A DNA stretch of 64,000 nucleotides. It comes from Obrimoposthia wandeli. Lineage: Eukaryota. The stretch spans positions 1-64,000 of the forward strand of contig CDROCS010006891.1 of assembly GCA_977020255.1 (NCBI GenBank), read 5' to 3'. Of this stretch, positions 41,110 to 50,972 are shown in pieces. A program made the translations under genes and the position numbers. The first letter of the stretch is position 1. Each line of letters begins with the position of its first letter. Below the pieces are notes generated by a model, which searched no databases, was not told the origin of the DNA, and saw only the letters and a program-made list of their open reading frames with translations.

Positions 41110-41310
41110 TAGGCTCTGTTGAAAAGTATATTGCTTGTACCAAAGAAATTGTTGAAAAATAGAGCATCAGCTAGGCAGCTATTTTGGTACTTATTTTGGT
41201 ATCTCTTTTGTATCAAAGACTTAATTTCTTTATCGAATGTAATATTAAAAGTTTGTGGCACTATAGTTCACTACCTATTTTCTAGATTCAATCATATCAA
41301 CAGAAGGCCT
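41110..41310. mobile_element. ~200-bp MITE-like element with imperfect terminal inverted repeats
   Basis: Left TAGGCTCTGTTGA; right end reverse-complement AGGCCTTCTGTTGA; AT-rich interior with no transposase-like ORF. Confidence 0.5.
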
Positions 41311-41316
41311 CGATAA

Positions 41317-42354
41317 ATGGCGTTAAATGTTAATGAGCAGTTACCCACAAATATTATTACAGGTTTTTTAGGTGTCGGTAAAACCACAGCTATTATGCAT
41401 TTGCTCGCTCACAAGCCTACAGGTGAGCGATGGGCAGTACTTGTCAATGAGTTTGGTGAAGTTGGGATAGACGGAAAATTTTATTCCAGAGATCATCAAG
41501 AACAAACAGGGGTGTATATAACAGAGGTTGCTGGCGGTTGTATGTGTTGCACGGCGGGCTTATCAATGCAGATTTCCCTAAATATGTTGCTGGCGCGCGC
41601 TAAACCGGATCGCTTGTTTATTGAGCCTACAGGTCTTGGCCATCCTAAAGAAATATTAGCGGCACTCTCGGCCGGTTACTACACTAAGGCATTAGAGTTG
41701 CGTGCTACGATCACTCTAGTTGATGCAAGAAAAATAAGAGACGTGCGTTATACTGGCCATGACATATTTAATCAACAACTGGAAATAGCCGATATTATTG
41801 TGGCTAATAAAGCAGATGCCTATGAAGAGTCTGATTTACCAGAGCTATTTAAATATTTGTCTGCAAAGCAGTTGTTGGTAGATAAACACTTTTATTCAAC
41901 AATCTATGGGAAAATAGCGCCTGAGTGGTTGAACGAAAAGTCATCAGTGGAGCTTGAGACTAATGTGATCCAAAAAACAACTGACATATCAATAGAGGAA
42001 GATGAAAATGCTGTGAGCATACCTGAATGTGGTTACTTAAAAATTGAAAATAAAGGCGAGGGCTTTAACAGTAGCGGTTGGTTATTTCTGCCCAGTTATG
42101 TGTTTGATAAAGAGAAGCTGTTCCAAGTGTTGCATAGTATTAATGCTGAACGATTAAAGGCTATATTTTCTACTAGTCAAGGGGTGTGCGGTTACAACAA
42201 AGCCGATGGTATACTCACAGAGGTGTTATTAGACGGAGTAGCTGATAATCGCATAGAAATTATATTTAGCAGTAATGAGCAGTTTGAAGAATTACCTTTG
42301 CACATTACTCAGTGCTGCGTAAACCAGACGACTAAAGCGGGCTTAAAAACATAG
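41317..42354 (+). CDS. COG0523/CobW-family G3E GTPase (Zn metallochaperone, YeiR-like)
   Basis: ITGFLGVGKTT, VNEFGEVGID, GGCMCC, IEPTGLGHP, NKAD. Confidence 0.93.
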   Translation: MALNVNEQLPTNIITGFLGVGKTTAIMHLLAHKPTGERWAVLVNEFGEVGIDGKFYSRDHQEQTGVYITEVAGGCMCCTAGLSMQISLNMLLARAKPDRLFIEPTGLGHPKEILAALSAGYYTKALELRATITLVDARKIRDVRYTGHDIFNQQLEIADIIVANKADAYEESDLPELFKYLSAKQLLVDKHFYSTIYGKIAPEWLNEKSSVELETNVIQKTTDISIEEDENAVSIPECGYLKIENKGEGFNSSGWLFLPSYVFDKEKLFQVLHSINAERLKAIFSTSQGVCGYNKADGILTEVLLDGVADNRIEIIFSSNEQFEELPLHITQCCVNQTTKAGLKT

Positions 42355-42371
42355 CGTGTCTATGCACAAAC

Positions 42372-42399
42372 TATTACCTGTTTAATAAAACAGGTAATA
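42372..42399. terminator. Bidirectional terminator at the convergence point of the Zn island
   Basis: TATTACCTGTTT-AATA-AAACAGGTAATA, perfect 12-bp stem. Confidence 0.7.
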
Positions 42400-42436
42400 A
42401 AATACATTGTATAAATAGATTAATTTATTTGTGACT

Positions 42437-43345
42437 TCAACGCTTTTTTATTGGTGTTAATTTTCGTAATGACCATAATTGGCTACCTTCAAAAAACACA
42501 GCGAGTGCCGCTAAAATAATAAACAAAGATGACAAATAAAAGTGCCATTGCGGAATTACCTGGAAAAAAGCGAAATCAAGAATGACAGCAAAACCTAGCA
42601 TTAAATACTCAAACGTCGCTAGTTTTGATGCTTCAGAGTATTGAAAACTCAAAGTCATCATTATATGTGCAACCCCTCCTGCAAGGCCTGAACTTACTAA
42701 TAGCACAAGCTGGTATGGGCTAGGGTTAATCCAACCCAAAGGTATAGTTAACAAGCCTGCTATAGTGCAGATGAGGGCAAAGTAGAAAGCTATAGCCCCC
42801 GCATTTTCTGTTTTCGCTAAATGGCGAATTTGAATTTTAGCGAGTGCTGTGCAGAAAGCCATAATTAAACCTAAACAGACACCGAGCAAATAATCGCTGC
42901 TTAGCTCTAAGCTATTGAGTTGTGGCCCAATCAACACCAGCATGCCAATGAAACCAAAGATTACGCCAAACCAGCGCGCATTGGTCACTACTTCAGATAG
43001 AAAAAGACGAGCCAGCAACACAGTCATAATGGGTGCCAAGAAGCCAATGACAGTGGCATCTGCCATAGGTAAATACTGCAATGATGCGAATGATGCAAAC
43101 ATGGCAACGCAGCCAAAAAGGCAGCGGCTTAAGTGTCCAATGGGCCTTTTGGTTTTTAAACCGCAAGGAAATTCACGGCTTATGATTAAAAATACAATCA
43201 ATGGAATGAGTGCAATAGCGCTGCGATAGAAGACAATTTGCCCGAGAGGCACTGCAGCTGCGAGTAACTTGATAAATAAAACCATAATCGCGAAAAACAA
43301 TGTCGCGCCAATGCGTAAATTTATACCCTTTAGATCTGCGGTCAT
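42437..43345 (-). CDS. EamA/DMT transporter (10 TM)
   Basis: GQIVFYRS, LPMADATVIGFLAP, AIAFYF, EASKLATFEYL. Confidence 0.88.
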   Translation of the reverse strand: MTADLKGINLRIGATLFFAIMVLFIKLLAAAVPLGQIVFYRSAIALIPLIVFLIISREFPCGLKTKRPIGHLSRCLFGCVAMFASFASLQYLPMADATVIGFLAPIMTVLLARLFLSEVVTNARWFGVIFGFIGMLVLIGPQLNSLELSSDYLLGVCLGLIMAFCTALAKIQIRHLAKTENAGAIAFYFALICTIAGLLTIPLGWINPSPYQLVLLVSSGLAGGVAHIMMTLSFQYSEASKLATFEYLMLGFAVILDFAFFQVIPQWHFYLSSLFIILAALAVFFEGSQLWSLRKLTPIKKR

Positions 43346-43517
43346 TTATAGCCTATGTGATTGAGTTTGTGTGAATTAACTGCTTAGCATAAAACAGAAG
43401 TAGTTATTATGCTTACGCGAAGTGTTTCCTTTAGGCTAGTAATTATTGTGCAAACAATTGATAAGTACTCAATTGGCAGGCACATAAACTAATGATGTAT
43501 TTGTCAATCTGAGTCAC

Positions 43518-44480
43518 TTATAAATTCGCAGAACTATTATCTGGTTGTTGTAATTTATCGTGTACATAATCTCCATAAATGTTAATAATCAATACGGTGA
43601 TAAGAATGGCTAATCCTGGGAAGATCATGATATGTGGTGCCGTTTGAAAATAGGCTTTACCATCGAGTAGCATCGCTCCCCATTCTGCATTGGGGGGTTG
43701 AACGCCAAAACCTAGAAAGCTCAACCCCGATATAGCTAAAATTGTTCGCGACCAGCTATTCGTCCATAACACGAATACCTGTAAGCGCAGATTAGGTAGA
43801 ATATGACGCCACAAAATGTACCATATGGGCAGTCTATTTAAGCGCGCTTGCACGATGAAGTCTTCTTGGCTGATTTCTAATGTCAGGCTGCGTACTAAAC
43901 GGCAGTATTTCATCCAGCTGAGCAAGGTAAGAGCCAGCACCATGTTAGTGGTACTGGCCCCTAACAAACCAGAAATTGCCACAGCAGCAACCAACTCAGG
44001 AAAAGCAAAAAAACTATCGGTTATACGCATCATCCACTGATCGATAAAGCGTGTTGGGATCAACGTTTTCAAGTTGCCTGGTACACTGCGGCTATATTGC
44101 GCTAAAAACCCACATGTTAAGCCGATCACTATGCCAATAACGGCGCCGCTGCTAGCAATTAAGAATGCTAAACCTACCGACCAGAGTGCTCCATATGAAA
44201 TACGTGTAGCAATATCTCTGCCTAAATGATCAGTGCCAAACCAATGCAAGAGACTTGGTGTGGCTAAACGATCAGTAAAATCAGTTTGGTTAGGGCCGAA
44301 AGGTGTTAACCAAAAAGATAATAAATACAGTGTAGTAAGAATGAAAATTAATGTTGCACATAATATGTTTGGTTTCAGGAAGTATGAATCTCTTGAATGG
44401 ATGTTTAGATCTTTACTGGCAGTTAAAGTCGTTTTAAAATTCGATCTATAAAACTTGCTTAATGTGCTTGTCACTGACAT
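43518..44480 (-). CDS. Opp/Nik ABC permease (C subunit)
   Basis: HWFGTDHLGRDI, MRITDSFFAFP, HILPN, LSFLGFGVQPPNAEWGAML. Confidence 0.92.
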   Translation of the reverse strand: MSVTSTLSKFYRSNFKTTLTASKDLNIHSRDSYFLKPNILCATLIFILTTLYLLSFWLTPFGPNQTDFTDRLATPSLLHWFGTDHLGRDIATRISYGALWSVGLAFLIASSGAVIGIVIGLTCGFLAQYSRSVPGNLKTLIPTRFIDQWMMRITDSFFAFPELVAAVAISGLLGASTTNMVLALTLLSWMKYCRLVRSLTLEISQEDFIVQARLNRLPIWYILWRHILPNLRLQVFVLWTNSWSRTILAISGLSFLGFGVQPPNAEWGAMLLDGKAYFQTAPHIMIFPGLAILITVLIINIYGDYVHDKLQQPDNSSANL

Positions 44481-44488
44481 ATAATTAA

Positions 44489-45469
44489 TTACCCTTTAAC
44501 GCGCGCTGGCTGATATCTTGGATCTAGGTATTGCTGACTAAGTTCAAGGAGCATATTAATGCTTAAATAACAGAACGCGGAAAACATCACTAAGAATAAT
44601 ATGACCGGATAGTCACGGCTCATAACCGAAGACACCAATAAAGAGCCGATACCTGATCGTGCAAAAATAATTTCCACAATCACTGCGCCTTCCATTAAAA
44701 AAGCGAGCTCTAAAGCGATCATTGTCATTGCGGGTAACAGTGCATGACGAAGTATATGGCGAGTGAATATTTCCACTTCGCCTACACCTCGCAATCTGAG
44801 ATTTTCAATAAAGGGTGCAGCCATAGCCTTGAAGAAAAAGCTACGTAGCAAGCGTGTTTGTGATGCACATACCCAAACGGATAAGGTAAAACTAGGTAAG
44901 ATTAAATGCTGCCAAGTACCAGAGCCATAGGCGGGTAAAATATTTAGGGTGGCAGCAAAAATTAAGATCAATATTAAACCAAGCCAATAAGAGGGTATGG
45001 CTGCACCCACGCAAGAAAGGCTAATAACTAACCTATCAAGCCAGCTCCCTTGATTGTAAAGACTGATTAAGCTAAACAGAAGTGCCAGGCATAAACCTAA
45101 GCCCAATGCAGCTAAGGTAAGTGACAGCGTATCGTGTATATTCGCCAGAAAAATGCCCAACACTTGGTCACCAGAGACAAAAGATAGACCAAAGTCACCT
45201 TGTATTATTTGCCCAAGCCAATGGCTAAATTGCCAGAAAAAAGATTGATCTAAATGGAACTCATAGGTTATTTGATTAATGACCGCCTCAGGTATACCGC
45301 TTTCATCCGCATAGCGGGCTCTGGCAATAGCCATCGCTTTATCTCCTGGTGCTAAATAGTACAAACCAAAAGTGAGTAAACTGACCTTGGATAGCACCAG
45401 CAAAAAAACACCGATAGTTTTGAGGGTTTGGAACAAAAACCGATTATTTATGATCACTTTGCTATCCAT
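44489..45469 (-). CDS. Opp/Nik ABC permease (B subunit)
   Basis: GDFGLSF, IPSYWLG, RHILRHAL, VEIIFARSGIG, RDYPVI. Confidence 0.92.
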   Translation of the reverse strand: MDSKVIINNRFLFQTLKTIGVFLLVLSKVSLLTFGLYYLAPGDKAMAIARARYADESGIPEAVINQITYEFHLDQSFFWQFSHWLGQIIQGDFGLSFVSGDQVLGIFLANIHDTLSLTLAALGLGLCLALLFSLISLYNQGSWLDRLVISLSCVGAAIPSYWLGLILILIFAATLNILPAYGSGTWQHLILPSFTLSVWVCASQTRLLRSFFFKAMAAPFIENLRLRGVGEVEIFTRHILRHALLPAMTMIALELAFLMEGAVIVEIIFARSGIGSLLVSSVMSRDYPVILFLVMFSAFCYLSINMLLELSQQYLDPRYQPARVKG

Positions 45470-46364
45470 TAGTCCCCGATTTCGCTATTAATTGATGAGT
45501 TGATGCTAACCAGTCACTATTTTCTTTAGCTGCATTAGCAGCGCCCAAGTTGTGTATCTTATTTACTTGAGCAGGTATGACGCTAGGAACCTTCTGGTCG
45601 CCGCGCGTCGCTAGCGCTCCTAAAGTAGTTGATGCATGAATTAACGCAGCTGCATATTCACTGTCAGGAGAGGTAAAGAATTGCGCTGCGCTCTGGTAGG
45701 ATTGGACACTACCCTCTCGTAATAGCAGTACATCATCAGCGTAGGCACTTGCATAACCTAAATCGTGAGTAACAACGATGTAACTCAGTTGATGCCGGCT
45801 CTTGATATGATGCATTGTATGGGCGACTTGCTTTTGAATTATGGCATCCAATGAAGTTAGCGGTTCGTCAAAAAGAATAATCGCCGGGCGTGAAATTAAC
45901 GCACGTGCTAGGCAAACTCTTTGTGCTTGGCCTATGGAGAGCTGGTGAGGGTAACGAGTAGCAATATCCATAGACAACTTAACCTCGTCTAACACACTTA
46001 TCAGTCGGATTTTTAGTTGTTCTTTAGTCATCTTTTCATGATAAATACTTTCCACAATAGCAGGGCCAACTTGCTGCTTAGGGTTTAACGCCGCTAATGG
46101 ATTTTGCATTACCCACTGGGCTCCCTTTAAACCATGCCAGTTATTACCCACTTGATAGATTGTCGTGTGGTTGGTTGCGTTTCGAAATTTTATCTTTCCT
46201 GATTGCATAGGGATTAGCCCTTGTAAGGCTTTCATCAAGGTTGACTTACCGGCGCCGCTTTCACCGATAATGCACAGTGTTTTTCCTTTTGCTAGAGAGA
46301 AATTAATCTTGTGCAAAAGATATTGCCCGCCAATACTGATCGATAAATCTTCAACCGTCAGCAT
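45462..46364 (-). CDS. Opp/Nik ABC ATP-binding subunit
   Basis: GESGAGKST, YPHQLSIGQAQR, FDEPLTSLD. Confidence 0.9.
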   Translation of the reverse strand: MLTVEDLSISIGGQYLLHKINFSLAKGKTLCIIGESGAGKSTLMKALQGLIPMQSGKIKFRNATNHTTIYQVGNNWHGLKGAQWVMQNPLAALNPKQQVGPAIVESIYHEKMTKEQLKIRLISVLDEVKLSMDIATRYPHQLSIGQAQRVCLARALISRPAIILFDEPLTSLDAIIQKQVAHTMHHIKSRHQLSYIVVTHDLGYASAYADDVLLLREGSVQSYQSAAQFFTSPDSEYAAALIHASTTLGALATRGDQKVPSVIPAQVNKIHNLGAANAAKENSDWLASTHQLIAKSGTNG

Positions 46365-47166
46365 GAGTATTCTCCTTATGCCAATAGCGCTGCTCGATCA
46401 AGTGCTTTGCATACAGTGACTTAGGAGCGTCTAACACAGATTGGCTCGGCCCGGCTTCGACAATCTCACCTTTGTCTAATATAGCTATCTGTTGTGAAAA
46501 GTTGGCGGCCATCGACAAATTATGCGTTACCATTAGCACGCTGATATTATTCACTTTGGCATATCTCATAACTTCTGTGATTACTTGTGCACCAACGAGT
46601 GGATCCAGTGCTGAGGTGGGTTCATCAAGTATTAAAACTTGAGGTTTGCTCAATAGAGCAAAGGCCAATAGTAACCTTTGCTGCATACCTAAGCTCCATT
46701 GGTGTGGATAGTCCACAGCGAAATCTTTAAGTGAAAATGCTGTCAATATAGCTGCAGTTTCTATTGCGTTACGATCATTGTTTTGTGCACAGCGCTGCGC
46801 TTGACGCCACTGCCACGCGAGTTTCTTTAGTGGATCTAATCCATATTTTGGGTTTTGCGGGACATAAGAAAAACACGTGTGTGTGTTAATCGCACTCTTT
46901 ACCCTAGAGAAATCAAATATCTTATCAATGATTCTCAATTGACCTGTTATAGGCACGATAGGTTGACGAAAGCCCATTAAACACCGCAGTACTGTTGATT
47001 TTCCCGCACCTGATCCACCCACTAGGGCAACGGATTCTCCTCGAGCAATATGCAAATCTACATTGTTTAGAATTCGCTTAGAGCCGATAGTCGCGGTTAA
47101 TCCTGTTAATTGAAGCAAGAGGGTTCCCCTTAGTCGTTGAGCAAAGAGTAGCTTAGAGCTGCTCAC
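46351..47166 (-). CDS. Opp/Nik ABC ATP-binding subunit
   Basis: GGSGAGKST, YPHQWSLGMQQR, LDEPTSALD. Confidence 0.9.
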   Translation of the reverse strand: MSSSKLLFAQRLRGTLLLQLTGLTATIGSKRILNNVDLHIARGESVALVGGSGAGKSTVLRCLMGFRQPIVPITGQLRIIDKIFDFSRVKSAINTHTCFSYVPQNPKYGLDPLKKLAWQWRQAQRCAQNNDRNAIETAAILTAFSLKDFAVDYPHQWSLGMQQRLLLAFALLSKPQVLILDEPTSALDPLVGAQVITEVMRYAKVNNISVLMVTHNLSMAANFSQQIAILDKGEIVEAGPSQSVLDAPKSLYAKHLIEQRYWHKENTHADG

Positions 47167-47180
47167 AAAATGTTGCTTTT

Positions 47181-48740
47181 TTATTCAAGATCTAAATCGA
47201 TTGTCGCCATGTAAGTTTCAGCAGGATGAATACGATAGCCTGTAACTTTTCCATTACCGACAGATAACTGGTTTTTGTGGAACAGTGGAATAATAGGTAA
47301 TTCTTGATTGATAATCTGCTGTACTTGATCGTAGTAGGTTTTGCGTTTGTTATCGTCAAATTCCGCTCGACCTTTGCTCAATAAAGCATCTAAAACTGGG
47401 TTGCTGTAACCTGAAAAATTGGCATTTGCATTAGTGCGTAACAATGTATTAGGGAAATAATCAGGATCACCTTGTGGCGCGGTTCCCCATGCTTGCAAAT
47501 GCATTTGGATTTCGCCACTTTTCAATGCACTACTATTAGCTTCGTATTCTCCGATTGAAATATCGGCTTTGATGCCAATTTTTCCTAACATTGCTTGCGT
47601 TATTTCTAAAGTAGGGCGAAGTGCAGCACGCCCCTCATATGAGCGAAGTTTAATGACAATGTCTTTACCGGCAATTTCGCGTACGCCATTGCCGTCAGTA
47701 TCTTTGATGCCTTGCGCATCTAAGAGGGATTTCGCTTGTTCAGCGTTATATGGCAATGTTGCCGTATTATCTAGCCATGCGTGCATATTACTAGCAAAGA
47801 TACTATTGGCAGCAGTACCACCAACACCTGCCAAGGCAGCATCTACTAGAAGCTGACGATTTAAACCTAGTGAAATAGCTTGACGTAGAGTCTGATTCTT
47901 TAAGGTTCCATCAGCAGTACGAACTTGATAGAAAAATAATCGTGTGGTGGCGTTACTGAAAAGCTGCCCTTTATTATTTTTTAGCAGTTCAGCAAAATCT
48001 GGTTCGGGATAGTTTGTCACCAAATCAACATTATTTGCCTGCAACGCAAGTACTGCAACTGATGGATCAGATATAGTATCTAACTGTATACCTTTGAGTT
48101 TGGCTTTGCCCTGCCAGTAATCATTAAATCGCTTGGTAGTGTAATGTTTGTTCACTTGTGCAGAAACAAAGACAAAAGGACCTGTCGCTATAATTGGTAG
48201 TGTTTTTGTCCCAGGTTTGATGACGGCAGCCGAAGGTTCCGTCAATGACCACAAAAACGCCGCATTTGGTTGTAGGGTGTTAAATATCAGTGTGTAATCA
48301 TCAATAATTTGGATCTGCTCTATATCCAGTAGTGCAGTTAAACGTGGATTGTAGGCGGTACTGCCTTTATCGCTAAGCAAATTAAAAGAAGCTTTTACAT
48401 CAGCAGCTTTCATCGGGCTTCCATCATGAAAAAGAACATCTTGACGTAACTTTATTTGCCATTTTCTAGGCCCTATATTTACAAAACTACTAGCTAAGCG
48501 TGGCGTTTTTTGCATTTTTTCATTTAAGCCCACTAGAGTTTCTGATACTCCTGCTCGATTACTTAGCCAACCATTTTGACGGGTGCGCGGATCAGGTATT
48601 GTGCTGTTAGGGCCAAATGGAACTGCGATACGTATTATTTTATCATCGGCATGAGTTTGTATGCTGGTTGCTGTGAGTAAACATAACGAGAGAGTAACGC
48701 TTGCTGTACGGATATAGGTGTTTCTTAGGCTTTTTAGCAT
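47181..48740 (-). CDS. Family-5 substrate-binding protein (NikA/CntA-like metal-chelate binder)
   Basis: Sec signal, GVSETLV, LRQDVLFHDGSPMKAADV, ATGPF, RFNDYWQGK, QELPIIPL. Confidence 0.88.
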   Translation of the reverse strand: MLKSLRNTYIRTASVTLSLCLLTATSIQTHADDKIIRIAVPFGPNSTIPDPRTRQNGWLSNRAGVSETLVGLNEKMQKTPRLASSFVNIGPRKWQIKLRQDVLFHDGSPMKAADVKASFNLLSDKGSTAYNPRLTALLDIEQIQIIDDYTLIFNTLQPNAAFLWSLTEPSAAVIKPGTKTLPIIATGPFVFVSAQVNKHYTTKRFNDYWQGKAKLKGIQLDTISDPSVAVLALQANNVDLVTNYPEPDFAELLKNNKGQLFSNATTRLFFYQVRTADGTLKNQTLRQAISLGLNRQLLVDAALAGVGGTAANSIFASNMHAWLDNTATLPYNAEQAKSLLDAQGIKDTDGNGVREIAGKDIVIKLRSYEGRAALRPTLEITQAMLGKIGIKADISIGEYEANSSALKSGEIQMHLQAWGTAPQGDPDYFPNTLLRTNANANFSGYSNPVLDALLSKGRAEFDDNKRKTYYDQVQQIINQELPIIPLFHKNQLSVGNGKVTGYRIHPAETYMATIDLDLE

Positions 48741-48789
48741 AAAAGTTCCTCTAAATTATCAAATGAATTATGCGCGGTAATATAAATTA

Positions 48790-48808
48790 AATGTTATAAC
48801 ATAACAAT
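48790..48808. promoter_or_regulatory. Zur box upstream of the Opp/Nik operon
   Basis: AATGTTATA-A-CATAACAAT, 50 bp upstream of the SBP start; two mismatches to the perfect palindrome. Confidence 0.75.
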
Positions 48809-49132
48809 AAAAAATTGGTATACATTAAAACTCATAACGAATTTATGTTTTACTAATCTAAATCCCGGCTTTGATTCTGTGGTGTAAAGATTGCAAAAAT
48901 GAATACATATAAGAATAGAAATTGCATTTTAGTTCTTCGCCCTAAGTAGTATGAAAGAGAGGTGATTTTAATCTTAAGAAACTCACAGGGTGCTTGTTGT
49001 GTAACATTAGAGTGCAGGAACGGCAACTTAACCAATTAATTAACGAGGTAGTAAACATCAATTTCTATCCGTGCTAAAAAATATCAGTGCTCTGCACCGT
49101 TCTCAAAGTTTAGAACTAATATCAGTTTTTAT

Positions 49133-49927
49133 GGTTGTATCGCAAAGTTTAAAAATAGGAAACCGTACTATTCTATAAGCACAATTATGTGCGAGTTCTA
49201 AAAATTGTTGGCTAGTAGATGTTTTATTACTTGGGAACTGCTTCTTTCTAATCATGTAAGCAAATTCAATACCAGCGAGTGCTACATTGGCGGAATGAAA
49301 GGCTTTAAAATTCATCATTAGTTTTATTGTTTTATTGTTTTCTTGATGAAAATGCGGTTTTGCTCGATGATATTATTCAAATATTTTACTTGTAGTATAT
49401 CTACCCAGCTGGAGAGCCGAAGAAAAATAACATCATATTGATGTTCATTAAACTCGCATAATCGGCACCTCTTTTATCAATGACAATTTTTACAGGCCGT
49501 TATTATCAATAGACTGCTTGAAAAACCTTGTACATGCTGTTTCGTCACAGTTCTTGGATAGCATTACACCTAAATTAGCACCACATTTGTCAACGGCTCG
49601 AAAGTAATAACACCATATACCTTTAACTTTGATATAAGTTCATCAATTCGCGATCAAGGATAAGTTACTTTTGTTTGTGCTTTGCTATTTCTGTGATAAA
49701 GGGTGTGTATTTCACGGCCCATCGATTGAGGTCGCGTGATCAACTATTAATGGCTCGTTCCAGTATTATTCTTTTAGAGCATGATAAGCAACGTTATAAC
49801 TGACGTAGAAGTCCACATAAAGGATAATCTCTTTTGGATAATGGGTACCTTTAAAACTGATCATTTATGATATACACCAAGAAAATGAGATATTATCGAG
49901 TAATCAAGTTAACTTTGTGAAACAACT
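49133..49927 (-). mobile_element. Degenerate full-length IS6-family element (795 bp)
   Basis: TIRs GGTTGTATCGCAAAGTT and AGTTGTTTCACAAAGTT (14/17); transposase relic MISFKGTHYPKEIILY (ATG 49864) ... FKAFHSANVALAGIEFAYMIRKKQF with stops and frameshifts. Confidence 0.85.
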
Positions 49928-50011
49928 GATTTCTCGTGCACTACGCTAGTGAAAACTATGCACTTTAGCGCAAGGCTTTAGCTGCGACACACTTATTGAT
50001 ATCCTAGTGTG

Positions 50012-50444
50012 ATGGTAAAACAAAAACGAAGTGGGCATTCAGTAAGTAGTTTAACAGTGCATATAGTTTGGGTTACTAATTATAAATACCCAGTTCTAGG
50101 GGTTATTCAAGAGCGATGTAGAGAATTATTGATCACAAGTGTGTAACGCATAAGATGCTCGCATATTGAAAGGAGTGGGCAGTAAGGATCATGTGCATAT
50201 ACTTGTTGAATATCCCTGGAGGCTATCAATAAGTGATTTAGTGAAGCGCTTGAAAGGTAGGAGTTCAAGAAGGTTGCAAGATGAATTCCCAGCTTTAAAA
50301 AAGAGATACTGGGTTCGGCATTTTTGAGCAATAGGTTACGGGGCTTGGTCAACTGGTCATATTACAAATGAAATGGTTCAAGAGTATTTAGAGCATCATC
50401 GAAACCCATCAAACGGGGATACAGGGAATATGATACTAGAGTAA
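50012..50444 (+). mobile_element. tnpA: IS200/IS605-family tnpA (Y1 HUH transposase) pseudogene
   Basis: LTVHIVWVTNYKYPVL, SKDHVHILVEYP, LKGRSSRRLQDEFP, HF*AIGYGAWSTG, EYLEHH; TGA at 50325 plus frameshift. Confidence 0.88.
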
Positions 50445-50477
50445 GGAGTAAGACAGGACATTAATCCGCATAGCAAC

Positions 50478-50498
50478 CTATGGACTTTCAGTCCATAG
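50478..50498. repeat. IS200-type subterminal hairpin (right end)
   Basis: CTATGGAC-TTTCA-GTCCATAG just downstream of tnpA. Confidence 0.7.
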
Positions 50499-50972
50499 TT
50501 GTTGAACTCCTTGATTTCACATTTTAAGCGACTGCTATAAACTTGAATTAAATCATATGCTTATTTATTATCAGTTCCCGCTTAAACTCTATGCCTGTAT
50601 TTTAGCACTCAAATTATATGCCATTCACAATGCCATAAACGTGCGATAACTTTCTAAATCTAATCATGGTATTTTTCTTAATTAGTGAGGGGGCAACCAA
50701 TTCTGTTAATATCATGGATAGAGTCTACAGGCAGAGCCTTTCGACGATGGGCACGTTCTTAGGACGTGGTTTTAAATTCTTAACAAAGAAATGTATTCTG
50801 CTGTTTTTTTGGCTAGTGAATTTTAGAGGAGCTTTAATAGATCTAAACCCCTGATTTAAAAGGCACTAGTCCCAGATGAAATAAAAACCCAAGCAAAAGT
50901 TGATTGTTCTGACTGTTATATCCCTTTTAGAAACAGGCTCAATGTCAGAAAAGCCAATGAGTTCATTGTCAT

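Noticed and set aside
26340-49927. Composite IS6 transposon spanning the two IS6 traces
   Set aside because: IR sequences differ, orientations are opposite (IS6 composites usually have direct copies), the left copy is a 100-bp stub and no TSD was found
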